Positions 22,401-37,587 of a DNA stretch of 64,000 nt are shown here, in pieces. Source of the DNA: the human T2T-CHM13v2.0 reference genome, Homo sapiens. The notes under the pieces were generated by a model that had not been told where the DNA came from, made no database searches, and worked only from the letters and a program-made list of their open reading frames with translations. Position numbers and translations under genes: made by a program. Where the stretch lies: assembly GCA_009914755.4 (NCBI GenBank), contig CP086569.2, positions 10,400,001 to 10,464,000 of the forward strand, in the 5' to 3' direction. Position 1 is the stretch's first letter. Each line of letters opens with the position of its first letter.

Positions 22401-23530
22401 ATTTTAAATAATGCTGTTTCTCGTGGTTTTGTGGGTTGATGGGCACTACAAAAGTTCTCTTTTGGAGTCTTTCTTGCGGTTGCAGTTGGTTGGCTGCTGC
22501 TGAACTCACCTGAAAGCTCAACTAGGCTAAAGAGCCTAGACAGGTCACTCATATGGCTGGCAGTGCATATTGGCTGCTGAGTGTGATGCCTATCTGACCT
22601 CTCTATGTTATCTGGAGTGCTCACAACGTGGTAGTTGGTCCCAAGACACACAGGCAAATACTACAAAGCTTCTTAGGACCTAGCCTTGGAGGTCCTAGAA
22701 TACAACTTCTGCTCCATCCTATTGATAAAGCAAGTCAGTGTGACCAGCACAGATTCAAGAAATGGGAGATTTGACTCTGTCAATGTAAAGAGCAGCATGT
22801 GCATGTAAGGAGGAAAGAAATTGAGGGCATCATCTTGAAGGCTATCATATCACACCATTATTCCAACTAATGAAAATTATGCATTAGATGGGCAGTCTTA
22901 GCTACTCATCTCTCCCCCAGAAACCCAAGCTAAGCACGGATATATTGAAGAGAATGTCAGCACCATTAAACAAACTCTAGAAAAATAACATGTGATGACT
23001 GAGGTTAATTCAGTCTGTCAATTACATCAATATAATTCCCTTCTTTTAACCCTAAATATGGTGAAGAAGAATTGAATTCTACAAAAGTCTTTCATCCGTT
23101 TTCCTATGGAATAATTAACAAACCCAATAAATGTATAAATAGTATGAAGCCCAATTTATTTTAGATTTTTACCTCTTAATTTCAAAGCTTATAGAAATCC
23201 AGAGAACTAATCATCATAATCCATAGTGCCTGGACCAGAAGTCTTTGTTCTAAGAGTATCTTCTGACATGCTAAAAATGTATTACTAACTAGGAAATTTA
23301 AAACTTTTTGGTTAGTGATTTTAAGAGAGGTGACTAACTCATCACCACAATTCACACAGATTAAGAATGGAGATTACTCTGCTGAGTGGATTCATAGTGA
23401 TCAGAAAAAAAATCACAAAAGAGGAAAAGAGATAGAGAAGGGGAAACATACTGTCAATCCCTTCAATTAAAGTGATTTTTCAAATGGTTTGATCTTATAT
23501 TTGCAAAGGAAATGCAGCTTATTGTGATAG

Positions 23531-23865
<335 letters not shown>

Positions 23866-23866
23866 C

Positions 23867-24675
23867 GTCTTCTTTTGAGAAATGTCTCCTTATGTCCCTT
23901 GTCAATGTTTTAATGGGGTTGTTTTCTTAATGTTCAACATCACTAATCATCAGAGAAATGCAAATCAATGTGAGATACCATCTGATATTAGTCAGAATGG
24001 CTACTATTAAAAAGTAAAAAAAAGACATTCTGTTTAGACTTCAGGGAAAATGAAATGTTTATACACTGTTGGTGAGAATGTAAATTAGTTCAGCCACTGT
24101 GAAAAGCAGTCTGGAGATTTTTCAAAGAATTTAAAACAGAAGTACCATTCAACCAGCAATTCCATTACTGAGTATATATCCAAAAGAAAATTTAAAATTC
24201 TACAAAAAGAAACCCCACATCCACTTGTATATGCATCATTTTGCTATTCACAATAGGGAAGGCATGGAATTAACTTATCTGTGAATCAATAAATTGGTTA
24301 GAAATATGTGTCACATATACACCATAAAATTCTATGCACACATTAAAAAGAATACAATTGTGTCCTGTGCAGCAACATGCATACTTCTGGAGGCCATTAT
24401 CCTAGGGAAATTAATACAGGAACAGAAAACCAAATACCACATGTTCTTGCCTATAAGTAGGATCTAAACATGGGGTACTCATGAATACAAAGACACCAAC
24501 AATAGACACTGAAAACTGCTAGATGAAGAAGGGAAGGAGGAGGGCAGGGGGTGAGAAACTATGAGTGTTATGCTTACTGCGTAGGTGATGGGATCAGTAA
24601 TATCCCACATTGCTCAGCATCACACAATATATCCATGTAACAAACCTGCAAATATACTCCCTGAATCTAAAAAAT
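23867..24675 (+). mobile_element. L1 (L1PA-like) 3' fragment: ORF2 C-terminus and 3'UTR, plus strand.
   Basis: ..cttcttttgagaaatgtctccttatgtcccttg.. (SSFEKCL), ..catcagagaaatgcaaatcaa.. (IREMQIK), ..cacatgttcttgcctataagtaggatctaaacatggggtactcatgaatacaaagacaccaacaatagacactg.. This is typical L1 3'UTR with a short A-rich end. Confidence 0.8.
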
Positions 24676-24679
24676 TTAA

Positions 24680-27573
24680 GGCAGAGACAGAATAAGAGGG
24701 CAGAATAGAGGCCTACATTCCCATCCACCACACAAAAACACCAAATTTTCACAACTCACTACATTCACGAATCAATGTCAAAGGGACCAAAAATTGGGTG
24801 AGCAATCCCAGTACCTGGTATTAACTTCAAATCACTGAAACAGACATTGGAGAAGACAAACAAATAAGAGACAGTCTAGAAGCACGGATGCTACCTCTTT
24901 TTCAACCACCAGTAGTGACTACATGGTGCCGAGATACTATGTTTGGGAGAGGGAGAGCATAGTTCGTGAGGCTTTGCAAAAAATTCAGTACTACCCCCTC
25001 ACAGTGAAAAGCAGAACCAGGCTGTACTCAGCTGACATTTGCCAATGGTGGGAGCACTTGTATTGGCCTTAGAAAGAGGAAAACCTCCCATCCTAGTGTT
25101 GGGAGCTTGAGTTTTTACAAGTCTTGCCATCATGAGTTGAAGTGCTATTGGACTCTAGGAGAACTTAAGGGGCAGTCTAGGCCACAAGGACTTCAATTAT
25201 TAGGCAAGTCATATTCCGAGCTGGGCTCAGAGCCAGTGGAATGTGGAGGGTGGGGAAAATGGGGTCTACTGAGACAGCAGCCAGAGCTAAGGGAGTGCTC
25301 ACAACACCAATCCTCCACTCCCACCTAGCAGCAGCCACACAACACAGAGAAACCAGTGAATTTGGGAGAGGGAGGGCACAGTGACTGGAGGACATTACAT
25401 TAAACTCAGTGCTGCCATGTCAGTAAAGACCTGGCAGAATTCATCACCTGCTGACTAAAGAACCCCTGTACCCAGAATAAAAAACAGTGACAACCAGGTA
25501 ATACACCATGGGCATTGGGCTCTGAGAAGCGCTAACTTCAGGTGTGACCCAGTACATTTCCAGCTGTGGTAGCTATGGTGAAAGACTTCTGTTTGAGAAA
25601 AGCAGGGGGGAAAGTAAAGGGACCTCTGCATTGCACATGATATGCCAGCTCAACCACAGTGGGGTAGAGCACCAAGCAGATTCTTAGAGTCCCTGAGTCC
25701 AGGCCTAGGGTCTTCTTGGTCAACATCTCTGCCCTTGCCCTGGGCCAAAGGTTGAGTCTCAGGCATTGCAGAATTTATCACAAGCTAATTAAAGAGTCCT
25801 TGTGCTTTAATTGAGAAAGTGATGATGATTTGGTGGAAATCCCCCATGAGCCAGTAGTGTTGGCAGTCATAAAAGAGGCTCTTCTGCCTGCAGACCGGGG
25901 AAGAAAGAGTAGAAAATACTTTGTCTTATTCCCAAAGTGCCAGGTTTGCTACAGTAAAATAGAAGAGAAGGTAAATTTTGAAGATTCTATGCTTTAATCT
26001 CTGGCTCCCAAGTAGCATCTGTGGACCCAATCATGGCTAGGTGAAATTGCCACCCTATAGGCAGAGACACAAACCTGGCTGGCTTTGCCACCTATTAATC
26101 ACAGAGTCCTAGGGCTTTGAATAAACTTATATGGTAGCCAAGTAGTGGTTGCAGTGGGCCTTGCATGAGACCAAGTTCTGTGCCTACTTCAGGTGTGAAC
26201 CAGCACAGTCTCAGTGGTGGTGGCCACAGGAGTGCTTATGTTACCCCAGCCCCAGCTTCACATGTCTCAGCACAGAAAGAGAGACTGATGATTTGAGAGA
26301 CAGTAAGGGAAGAGAACAAGAGTCTCTACTTGATAAATCAAGAGAATTTTTCTTGATGTTAATCCAAGGCTACCAAGGCAGTACCTCTATGTGTTTGCAT
26401 AAACTACCGTGCTATTGGGTTTGGGACCCAAGTTTCTTTGAATACCTGGAAAGTGTTCCCAAAGATAATGGGCACTAACAAACCCAGGCTGTGAAAACTA
26501 CAATAAAGACTGAACTCTTCAATGCCCAGATACAGATGAACATCTACAAGTATCAAGGCCATCCAGGAAAACATGACCTCACCAAACAAGCTAAATAAAG
26601 CATCAGGGACAAATCCTGGAAAAACAGAGATATGTGACTTTTCATACAGGAAATCCAAAATAGCTGGTTGAGGTAATTCAAAGAAATGTACAATATAACA
26701 CAGAGAAGGAATTCAAAATTCTATCAGATAAATTTAACAATGAGATTGAAATAAAAAGAATAAAGCAGAAATTCTGAAGTTAAAATGCTATTGTCATACT
26801 GAAGAATGGATCAGAATTACTTAAAAGAATTGAACAAGGAGAAGATAGATTTAGTGAACTTGAAGTCAGACTATTTAAAAATACAAAGTCAGAGGAGACA
26901 AAAAAGAATAAAAAATAAAGCACGTCTGTAGAATTTAAAAAATAGCCTCAAAATAGCAAATCTAAGAGTTATTGGCCTTAAAGAGGAGGTAGAAAAAGAG
27001 ATGAGTTGAACATTTATTTAAATAAATAATATTAAACAATTCCTCAACATTTGATATCAATATTCGAGTAACAGAAAGTTACAGAACATAAAGCAGATTT
27101 AACCTAAAGAAGCCACCTGAAGTCACGTAACTGAACTCCCAAAGATTAAGGATTAAGAAATGATTCTAAAAGCATCGAGAGAAGAGAAAGAAATAACATT
27201 CAGTGGAACTCCAATACATCTGACAGCAGACTTTTCAGGGGAAAATTTACAGGCTGGGAGACTGGCATGACGTATTAAAAAAGCTAAAGAAAAAAAGACT
27301 TTTACTTTAGAATAATGTATCTGACAAAAACGTCCTTTAATTTGACGGAAAAATAAGAACTTTTCCCGACAGAAAAAAAAAAAAAAACAGGGATTTCATT
27401 AACACCAGACCTGTCCTACAAGAAATGCTAAAGGGATATCTTAACCTAAAAGAAAAAAAGTGAGCAAGAAGAAATCATCTGAAGGTACAGAACTCACTAG
27501 CAATAGCACATGGAAAAACACTGAATATTATAACATGGTAATTATGGGGTGCAAAAATCTCAAATAGAAAGAG
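24680..27573 (+). mobile_element. Older L1 (L1PB/L1MA-like) 5' portion: long 5'UTR-like leader, ORF1, inter-ORF region and the first codons of ORF2. Plus strand.
   Basis: The ORF1-encoding stretch at about 26480–27430 (..PGKHDLTKQAK..; ..IIIKLLKIKDKEKILKAAREK..TYRGTPIRLTADFS..ARREW..) is clear. The leader shares segments with the minus-strand L1 leader at 13811–14379. It ends at the junction with the inverted L1PA at 27573/27574. Confidence 0.65.
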
Positions 27574-30500
27574 TAAACATATGAACTTTAAAGTACTTTT
27601 TTCCAATTCTGTGAAGAAAGACATTTGTAGCTTGATGGGGATGGCATTGAATCTATAAATTACCTTGGGCAGTATGGCCATTTTCACGATATTGATTCTT
27701 CCTACCCATGAGCATGGAATGTTCTTCCATTTGTTTGTATCCTCTTTTATTTCATTGAGCAGTGGTTTGTAACTCTCCCTGAAGAGGTCCTTCACATCCC
27801 TTGTAAGTTGGATTCCTAGGCATTTGATTCTCTCTGAAGCAATCGTGAATGGGAATTCACTCATGATTTGGCTCTCTGTTTGTCTGTTATTGGTGTATAA
27901 GAATGCTTCTGACTTTTTACATTGATTTTGTATCCTGAGCCTTGGCTGAAGTTGCGATTCAGCTTAAGGAGATTTTGGGCTGAGACAATGGGGCTTTCTA
28001 GATATACAATCGTGTCATCTGCAAACAGGGACAATTCGACTTCATCTTTTCCTAATTGAATACCCTTTATTTCCTTCTCCTGCCTGATTGCCCTGGCCAG
28101 AACTTCCAACACTATATTGAATAGGAGAGGTGAGAGAGGGCATCCCTATCTTCTGTCGGTTTTCAAAGAGAATGCTTGCAGTATTTGCCCATTCAGTATG
28201 ACACTGGCTGTGGGTTTGTCATAGATAGCTCTTATTATTTTGAGAAACGTCCCATCAATACCTAATTTATTGAGAGTTTTTAGCATGAATGTTGTTGAAT
28301 TTTGTCAAAGGCCTTTTCTGCATCTATTGAGATAATCACGTGGTTTTTGTCTTTGGTTCTGTTTATATGCTGGATTACATTTATTGATTTGCCTATGTTG
28401 AACCAGTTTGCATCCCAGGGATGAAGCCCACTTGATAATTGTGGATAAGCTTTTTGATGTGCTGCTGGATTCGGGTTGCCAGTATTTTGTTGAGGATTTT
28501 TGCATCAATGTTCATCAAGGATATTGGTCTAAAATTCTCTTTTTGTGTTGTGTCTCTGCCCGGCTTTGCTCTCAGGATGATGCTGGCCTCATAAAGTGAG
28601 TTAGGGAGGATTCCCTCTTTTTCTATTGATTGGAATAGTTTCAGAAGGAATGGTAATAACTCCTCCTTGTACCTCTGGTAGAATTCGGCTGTGAATCCAT
28701 CTGGTCCTAGGCTTTTTTGATTCGTAAGCTATTGATTATTGTCTTAATTTCAGAGCCCGTTATTGGTCTATTCAGAGATTCAACTTCTTCCTTGTTTAGT
28801 CTTGGGAGGGTGCATGTGTTCAGGAATTTATCCATTTCTTCTAGATTTTCTGGTTTATTTGCATAAAGGTTTCTATAGTATTCACTGGTGGTAGTTTGTA
28901 TTCCTGTGGGATCAGTGGTGATATCACCTTTATCATTTTTTATTGCATCTGTTTAAGACTTCTCTGTTTTTTTCTTTATGAGTCTGCTAGCAGTCTATCA
29001 ATTTTGTTGATCTATTCAAAAAACCAGCTCCTGCATTCGTTGACTTTTTGAAGGGGTATTTGTATCTCTATTTCCTTCAGTTCTTCTCTAATTTTAGTTA
29101 TTTCTTGCGTTCTATGAGCTTCTGAATGTGTTTGCTCTTGCTTCTCTAGTTCTCTTAATCGTGATGTTAGGGTGCCGTATTAGATCTTTCCTGCTTTCTC
29201 TTGTGGGCATTTAGTGCTATAAATTTCCCTCTACACACTGCTTTGAATGTGTCCCAAAGATTCTTGTATGTTGTGTCTTTGTTTTCTTTGGTTTCAAAGA
29301 ACATCTTTATTTCTGCCTTCATTTCGTTATATACCCAGTAGTCATTCAGGAGCAGGTTGTTCAGTTTCCATGTAGTCGAGCAGTTTTGAGTGAGTTTCTT
29401 AATCCTGAGTTCTAGTTTGATTGTACTGTGGTCTGAGAGACAGTTTGTTATAATTTCTGCTCTTTTACATTTGCTGAAGAGTGCTTTACTTCCAACTATG
29501 TGGTCGACTTTGGAATAGGTGTAGTGAGGTGCTGAAAAGAATGTATATTCTGTTGATTTGGGCTGGAGAGTTCTGTAGATGTCTATTAGGTCCGCTTGGT
29601 GCAGAGCTGAGTTCAATTCCTGGATATCCTTGTTAACTTTCCTTCTCATTGATCTGTCTAATATTGACAGTGGGTGTTAAACCCCCCTATTATTATTGTG
29701 TGGGAGTCTAAGTCTCTTTGTAGGTCTCTAAGTACTTTCTTTATGAATCTGGGTGCTCCTGTATTGGGTGCATATATATTTAGGATAATTAGCTCTTTTT
29801 GTTGGATTGATCCTTTTACCATTATGTCATGGCCTTCATTGTCTCTTTTGATCTTCACTGGTTTAAAATCTGTTTTATCAGAGACTAGGATTGCAACCCC
29901 TGCCTTTCTTTGTTTTCCATTTGCTTGGTAGATCTTCCTCCATCCCTTTATTTTGAGCCTGTGTGTGTCTCTGCACATGAGATAGGTTTCCTGAACACAG
30001 CACACTGATTGTTCCTGACTCTTTATCCAATTTGACAATCTTTGACTTTTAATTGGAGCATTTAGCCCATTTACATTTGAGGTTGATATTGCTATGTGTG
30101 AAATTTATCCTGTCATTATGATATTAGCTGGTTATTTTGTTCATTGGTTGATGCAGTTTCTTCCTAGCATTGATGGTCTTTACAATTTGGTGTTTTTGCA
30201 GTGGCTGGTACAGGTTGTTCTTTTCCACTTTTAGTGTTTCCTTCAGGAGCTATTTTAGGGCAGGTCTGGTGGTGACAAAATCTCTCAGCATTTGCTTGTC
30301 TGTAAAGGATTTTATTTCTCCTTCACTTACGAAGTTTAGTTTGGCTGTATATGACATTCTGGGTTCAAAATTCTTTTCTTTGAGAATGTTGAATATTGGC
30401 CCCCACTCTTCTGGCTTGTAGAGTTTCTGCCAAGAGATCAGCTGTTACTCTGAAGGGCTTCCCTTTGTGGGTAATCTGACATTTCTCTCTGGCTGCCCTT

Positions 30501-32218
30501 AACATTTTTTCCACATTTCAACTTTGGTGAATCTGACAATTATGTGTCTTGGAGTTTCTCTTCTCGAGGAGTATCTTTCTGGCATTCTCTGTATTTCCTG
30601 AATGTGAATGTTGGCCTGCGTTCCTAGATTGGGGAAGTTCTCCTCGATAATATACACAGTGTGTGTTTCAACTTGGTTCTATTCTCCCCATCACTTTCAG
30701 ATACACCAATCAGACGTAGATTTGGTCTTTTCACATAGTTCTATATTTCTTGGAGGTTTGCTCATTTCTTTTTATTCTTTTTTCTCTAAACTTCTCTTTT
30801 CACTTCATTTCATGCCTTTCATCTTCCATCACTGATACCGTTTCTTCCAGTTGATTGAATCATCTACTGAGGCTTGGGCATTCATCACGTGGTTCTCGTG
30901 CCATGGTTTTCAGCTCCATCAGGTCCTTTAAGGACTTCTCTGCATTGGTTATTCTACTTAGCCATTCATCTAATTTTTTTTCAAGCTTTTTAACTTCTTT
31001 GCCATGGGTTCAAAGTTTCTCCTTTAGCTTGAAGTCATTTGATCATCTGAAGCCTTCTTCTCTCAACTCATCAAAGTCATTCTCCGTCTGGATTTGTCCC
31101 ATTGCTGGTGAGGAGATGCATTCCTTTGGAGGAAGAGAGGCATTCTCATTTTTAGAGTTTCCATTGTTTCTGCTCTGTTTTTTCCCCATCTTTGTGGTTT
31201 TATCTACCTTTGGTCTTTGATGATTTTGATGTACAGATGGATTTTTTGCATGGATGTCCTTTCTGTTTCTTAGTTTTCCTTCTAACAGTCAGGACCCTCA
31301 GCTGCAGGTCTGTTGGAGTTTGCTGAAGGTCCACTCCTCACCCTGTTTGCCTGGGTATCAGCAGCAGTGGCTGCAGAACAGCGGATATTGGTGAACCACA
31401 AATGCTGCTGCTTGATCATTCCTCTGGAAGTTTTGTCTCACAGGAGTACCCAGCCATGTTAGGTTTCAGTCCGCCCTTACTGGGTGTGCCTCCCAATTGG
31501 GCTACTCGGGGTTCAGGGACCCAGTTGAGGAGGCAGTCTGCCCGTTCTCAGATCTCCAGCTGCAGCTGGGAGAATCACTACTCTCTTCAAAGCTGTCAGA
31601 CAAGGACATTTAAGTCTGCAGAGATTTCTGCTGCCTTTTGTTTGGCTATGTCCTACCCCCAGAGGTAGAGTCTACAGAGGCAGGCAGCCCTCCTTGACCT
31701 GAATTGGGCTCCACCGAGTTCGAGCTTCCCAGATGCTTTACCTACTCAAGCCTCAGCAATGGCAGGGGACCCTTCCCCAGCCTTGCTGCCACGTTGCAGT
31801 TTGATCTCAGACTGCTGTGCTAGCAATGAGTGAGGTTCTGTGGGCCTAGGACCCTCCAATCCAGGCATGAGATATAATCTCCTGGAGTGACTTTTGCTAA
31901 GACAATTGGAAAAGTGTAGTATTAGGATGGGAATGACCCAATTTTCCAGGTGCCATCTGTCACCACTTTCTTTGACTGGGAAAAGGAATTCCCTGACCCC
32001 TTGTGCTTCCCAGGTGAGGTGATGTCTCACCCTGCTTCTGCTCATGCTCGGTGCACTGCACCCACTGTGCTGCACCCTCGGTCTGACACTCTCCAGTGAG
32101 ATGAACCCGGTACCTCATTGGGAAATGCAGAAATCACCCATCTTCTGTGTTGCTCATTCTGGGAGCTGTAGACTGGAGTTGCTGCTATCAGCCATCTTGG
32201 CTCCAACCTCCGTTTTGC
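27574..32218 (-). mobile_element. L1PA element, minus strand, with an intact 5' end (5'UTR start at ~32218). It is 3'-truncated within ORF2 (after ..[12 protein letters not shown]..), with no 3'UTR or poly-A.
   Basis: Minus ORFs: 29658..30038 (ORF2 endonuclease start, MSNWIKSQEQSVCCVQETYLMCRDTHRLKIKGWRKIYQANGKQRKAGVAILVSDKTDFKP…), 29167..29649 (EN C-terminal region), 27861..28112 and 27475..27864 (RT). The reverse complement of ctggagttgctgctatcagccatcttggctccaacctcc is the L1 5' terminus GG(A)GGTTGGAGCCAAGATGGCTGATAGCAGC..CTCCAG. Confidence 0.85.
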
Positions 32219-34069
32219 TTGTTTCTTTGTTTATGCAATCAATGTTAAATTGTCCACAGTCTAAAATAATGTATTATGTTATTTTCAAGCCTCATGATAA
32301 TTTCAAATCAAAGAGTGTACCACAGATGTACAAAAAGTAAAAAGCAAGAAATTAGATTATAATTCAAGATAAATCACCTTCACTAAAAGGAAGACAGGAA
32401 GAAAGGGAAGAAGGAAGAGAGGACAAAAATCAATGAGAAAAAAATAAAAAAATGGCAGGAGTAAGTTCTTATCACTGATAACATTGAATTTAAATGAACT
32501 AAATACACCAGTCAAAAGAAAAATAGTGGATGAATAGATAGAGAAGCAGGACAATAATCTGTGACCTACCAAAAAAAAACACACTTTATCTATAAAGATA
32601 CATTTAGACTGAAAATAGAAGGATGAAAAAAGTTATTCCATGCCAATAGAGACCAAAAAGAGCAGAACTAGCCATACTTATACCAGACAAAAATAGATTT
32701 CAACAAAAGACTGTAGGAAGAAATTAAAAGGTCATTATATAATAATAAAGAGATCAATTCATCAAGAGGATATAATAATTGAAAATATATATGCACCCAA
32801 CACTAAAGCACTTAGATAAATGAAGCAAATATTATAAGAGCTAAAGAAAGAGACCTCAATACAATATTGGCAGGACAATTCAACACCCCACTTTAGTCAT
32901 TGGACAGACTTTCCAGACAGAAAATAAACAAAGAAACATCAGACTTAATCTGTACTATAGAACAAATGAACCTAATAGATATTTACAGAAAATTTCATCC
33001 AACAGCTGCATAATACACATTCTTCTCCTCTGCACATGGGTTATTTTCAAGGATAGACCATATGTTATGTAACAAGTATAAAAACATTCCAAAAAATTGA
33101 AGTAATATGAAGCATTTTCTTTGACTACAGGGGATAAAACTAGAAATAATTTAAAAAGGAATTTAAGAAACTATACAAACACATAGACATTAAACAATAT
33201 GCTCCTGAATGATTAGTAGGCCGATAAAAAAGTTAAAAAGAAAATAGAAAAATTTCTTGAAACAAATGATAATGGAAACATAGCATAGAAAAAGCTATGG
33301 AATATAGTAAAAGAGGTACTATTATAAAAGGAAAATTTATAACTGTGTCTACATAAAAAACAGAAAATCTTCAAATACATAACCTAACAATACATTTTAA
33401 TTAACTAGAATAAAAAGACCAAACCTAACCCAAAATTAGAAGAAAAGAAATAATAAAGATTAGAGCAGAAGTAGATAAATTTAAAATGACGAAAATAATG
33501 TAAAGAATTAATGAAAGAAAAAGTTGATTTTTTGAAAAGTAAAACAATTGACAAATATTTAAACAGGCTAACTGAAAAACAAAAAAGATACAGATTAGTA
33601 AATCAGAGGTGAAAAAGGAGACATTACAAGTAACGCTTCAGAAAAGCAAAGTTTCATTAATGAATACTCTCAGCAATTTTATGCCAACAAATTAGAAAAC
33701 CTAGAGGAAATTAATTCTTAGACAAACACAACTTACCAAGATTGAACTAGGAAAAAATCTAAAACCTGAACAGATCAATAACAATTAACAAAATTAATGC
33801 CTTAATAAAAGAGTCTGTAGGACCAGACTGAAAACTAGAGAAGGAAAGAACACTTCCAAACTCATTCTTTGAGGCTAGTATTACCCTGATATCAAAACCA
33901 GACAAAGACATATTTAAAAAAGCGAACTACAGGCCCATATCTGAGAATATTGGTGCAAAAATTTGCAAAACACCTAGCAAACTGAATTAAACAATACATA
34001 AATAAGTAATTCATAATGACCAAGTGGGATTTATCCCAGGGATGCAAGGATGGTTCAACATGCAACTCA

Positions 34070-34418
<349 letters not shown>

Positions 34419-34795
34419 AGGACAAAATCCATATAATCATTTCAATTATGCTAACAATTTTTGATAAAATTTAATATTCTTTAATAACAAAACACTTTGA
34501 AAACTGGGTATGGAATGAACATAACCTCAACATAATAAAAGTCATATATGACAGACCCACAGCTAGCATCACACTAAGTGGGGAAAAACTAAAAGCCTTT
34601 ACTCTAAAATCTGGAAGATGACAAGAATGTCCACTTTTACCACTGTTATTCAACATAATGCTGAAAGTCCTATCTGGAGCAATCAGACAGGAAGGAGAAA
34701 GCAATAAAATGCATCCCAGTTGGAAAAGAAGTCAAATTACCTTTTTTTTTTTGCCAATGATAAAATCTTATATTGGAAAAAGCATAAATACTCCT

Positions 34796-37255
34796 CTGAT
34801 AGGGTTTGAATGTGTGTCCCCTCCCCAAATCTCATATTTAAATGTAATTCTGAATGATGGAGATGGGCCTGGTGGAAGGTGATTTAACCATTGGGATGGA
34901 TTACTCATAAATGGCTTAGCACCATCCCATTTGGTGCTATCCTCATGATAGTGAGTGAGTTCCCATAAGAACTGCTTAGTTAAAACTGTGTAACAACTCT
35001 CCCCTCTGTTTTTTGCTCCTGCTTTTTGCCCTGTGATGTGCAAGATTCTGCTTCAACTTCTGCCATGACTGCAAAATTCCAGAGACTTCCCCAGAAACAT
35101 ATTCCAGTACTATGTCTTCTCCTCAGCCTGTAGAATCATAAGCCACTTAAACCTACTATGTAAAAAATAAATTATCTAGTCCCACTCTCATAGTGATGGA
35201 AAAATAGCTTAATACAGAAAATTGGCACCAAGGAATGGAAAATGGTTATAAGAATAACCCAAAATGTGGAATCAGCTTCGTAATTGGGTAAACAGATAGA
35301 AGTTGGAAGAGTTTGTAGGATTCAGAAGACAGAAAAATGATGGAAAGTTGAGATTTTCTTAGAGACTGGTTGAATGTCTGTGACCAAAATGTGGATAGTG
35401 GTCTGGACAGTGAATGCCGGGCTGAGGTCTCAGATGAAAACTAGAAACTTATTGGGACAGAAACAAAAGTCATGCATGTTGTCTTAGCAAAGTGGTTGGC
35501 CGAATTTCTGTCATGCCCTAGGGATATAGAAAAGTGTGAATTTGAAATTGATGATCTAGGGTTTCTGTTGGAAAAATATCTAAGCAGCAAAGCATTTGTG
35601 ATGTGGCCTGGCTGCTTCTAACAACCTATGTTCACATGTTCCAGCAAAAAAAATAAAAATAAAATAAGTAGTAACTTATACTTACAAAAGAAGCATAGTG
35701 TAAATGCTTGAAAACTTTGCAGCCTAGTCATGTGGCTGAACTCGAAAAAGCTTTTATAAGAGGAACTCAAGCAGGACATGGGTCAATCACTTGTTAGAGA
35801 TATTTGTATAACCTAAAAAAAAAGCAAGTCTTGATAGCCAAGACAATGGGAAAGAGGAATTGAAGGCATTTTAGAAATCTAAAAAGCAGCCCCCCATCAC
35901 AGGCCCTGAGGCCTGAAAGAAGAGAATAGTTTCTGGGATCAGGCCTAGGACCTGCTGCCTTGGGTAGCTTTGGAACAAGGCTCCCTACATCCTGGCCACT
36001 GCTTCAGGTCCAGGTGTAGCCCAAATTGACCCATTTAAACTCCAGTCACTGGTTCAGAAGGTGCAAGTCGTAACCTTGGTAGCTTCCATGTGGTGTTAGG
36101 CCTGTGGGTTTACAAAAGCAAGTAGTTGAGACTTGGGAGCCTCCACTATTATTTCAGAGGATGTATGAAAAAGCCAGGGTGTGAAGGCAGAAGCATGCTT
36201 CAGAGGTGGAGCCCTCATGGAGATCCTCTACTAAAACAATGGAGAAAAGAAATGTAGTGTGACAGTCCCCAGGGAGGCTCCCAACTAGGTCATGGCCTAG
36301 TAGATCTGTGAGGAGAGGATCACTGTCCTCCAGACTCCAGAATGGTAGATCTAGCTACAGCCTGCATCTTGCAGCTTGAAAAGCCAGAGGCACAGAATGC
36401 CAGCCCATGAGAGCAGCTGTGAGGGCTGAACCATGCAAAGTCACAAGGTAGAATCTTCCCAAGGCATTAGTGTTCCCTGGAAATGGGACAGAGAGTCAAA
36501 AATAAGTATTTTGGAGCCTTACAATTCAATAACTGCCCTTCTGGGTTTCAGACTTTCATGGGTCCTGTGGCCCCTTTCTTTTGGCTCATTTCTTCCTTTT
36601 AGAATAGGAGTGTTTACCCAATGCCTCTGTCTCATTTGTATCTTGGAAGAACTTAACTTGTTTTTTTATTTTACAGGCTTATAGGAGGAAGAAATTAGCT
36701 TTGTCTTAGATGAGACTTTTGACTTTTGAGTTAACGCTGAAATTAGTTAAGACATTGGGGATTATTGGGAAGTCATGATTGTATTTTGAAATATGAGAAG
36801 GATATGAGATTTGGAATGGCCAGGGGCAAAATGATACAGTTTGGATGTGTATTCCCACCAAAATCTTATATTGAAATATAATCCTCAATGTTGGAAGTGG
36901 GCCTAGAGTGGAGGTGATCGAATCATGAGGGCAAGATTTACATGAACAGTTTGGCATCACTTCCTTTGGTGCCATTCCCACAATAGTAAGTTTTCATGAG
37001 AGCTGGTTATCTACAAGTGTGTGTTGCACTTCCCCCCTGCCCTCACACTTACCATGTGATGTGCAAACCCCAGATTTATTTGTCACCTTGTCAGTTGTCA
37101 GAGGCTTCCCCAGAAGCAGAAGCCAGCACAATGCTTTCTGTACACCCTGTAGAACCATGAACTGATTAAACCTATTTTCTTTATAAATAAACCAGTCACT
37201 GATTACTTTTTATAGCAATATGAGAATGGCCTAATACATCCACAAAAACTATTAG
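34796..37255 (+). mobile_element. Full-length MaLR (ERVL-MaLR; MST/THE1-like) retroelement, LTR–internal–LTR, nested in the old L1.
   Basis: 5' LTR at about 34796–35215 (tgatagggtttgaatgtgtgtcccctccccaaatctcatatttaaatg...ccagtcccactctcatagtgatggaaaaatagcttaataca). Internal part (..ttggcaccaaggaatgg..cagaaacaaaagtcatgcatgttgtcttagcaaagtgg..) to 36835. 3' LTR at 36836–37255 (tgatacagtttggatgtgtattcccaccaaaatcttatattgaaat...aaccagtcactgattactttttatagcaatatgagaatggcctaataca). Confidence 0.8.
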
Positions 37256-37587
37256 AAGTAATAACTTGAGTAAATTTGCAGAATACAAAATCAACATACA
37301 CAAATCAGTAGGATTTCTATATGTCAATACTCAACAAACTGAAAAAGAATTCAAAAATATAATACTATTTACAGTAGCCACAAATAAAACAAAATGTGTG
37401 GGAATTTACCAAATAAAAGTTCTCAACAATTAAAACTGTAAAACACTGATAAAAGAAATGAAAAAGGACCCAAAAATTGGAAAGATATTTTTATGTTCAC
37501 AGATTGGAAGAATCAGTATTTTTAAAACACCTCCATACAATCCATAGCAATCTATATATTTCATGCCATCTCTATCAAAATAACAGT

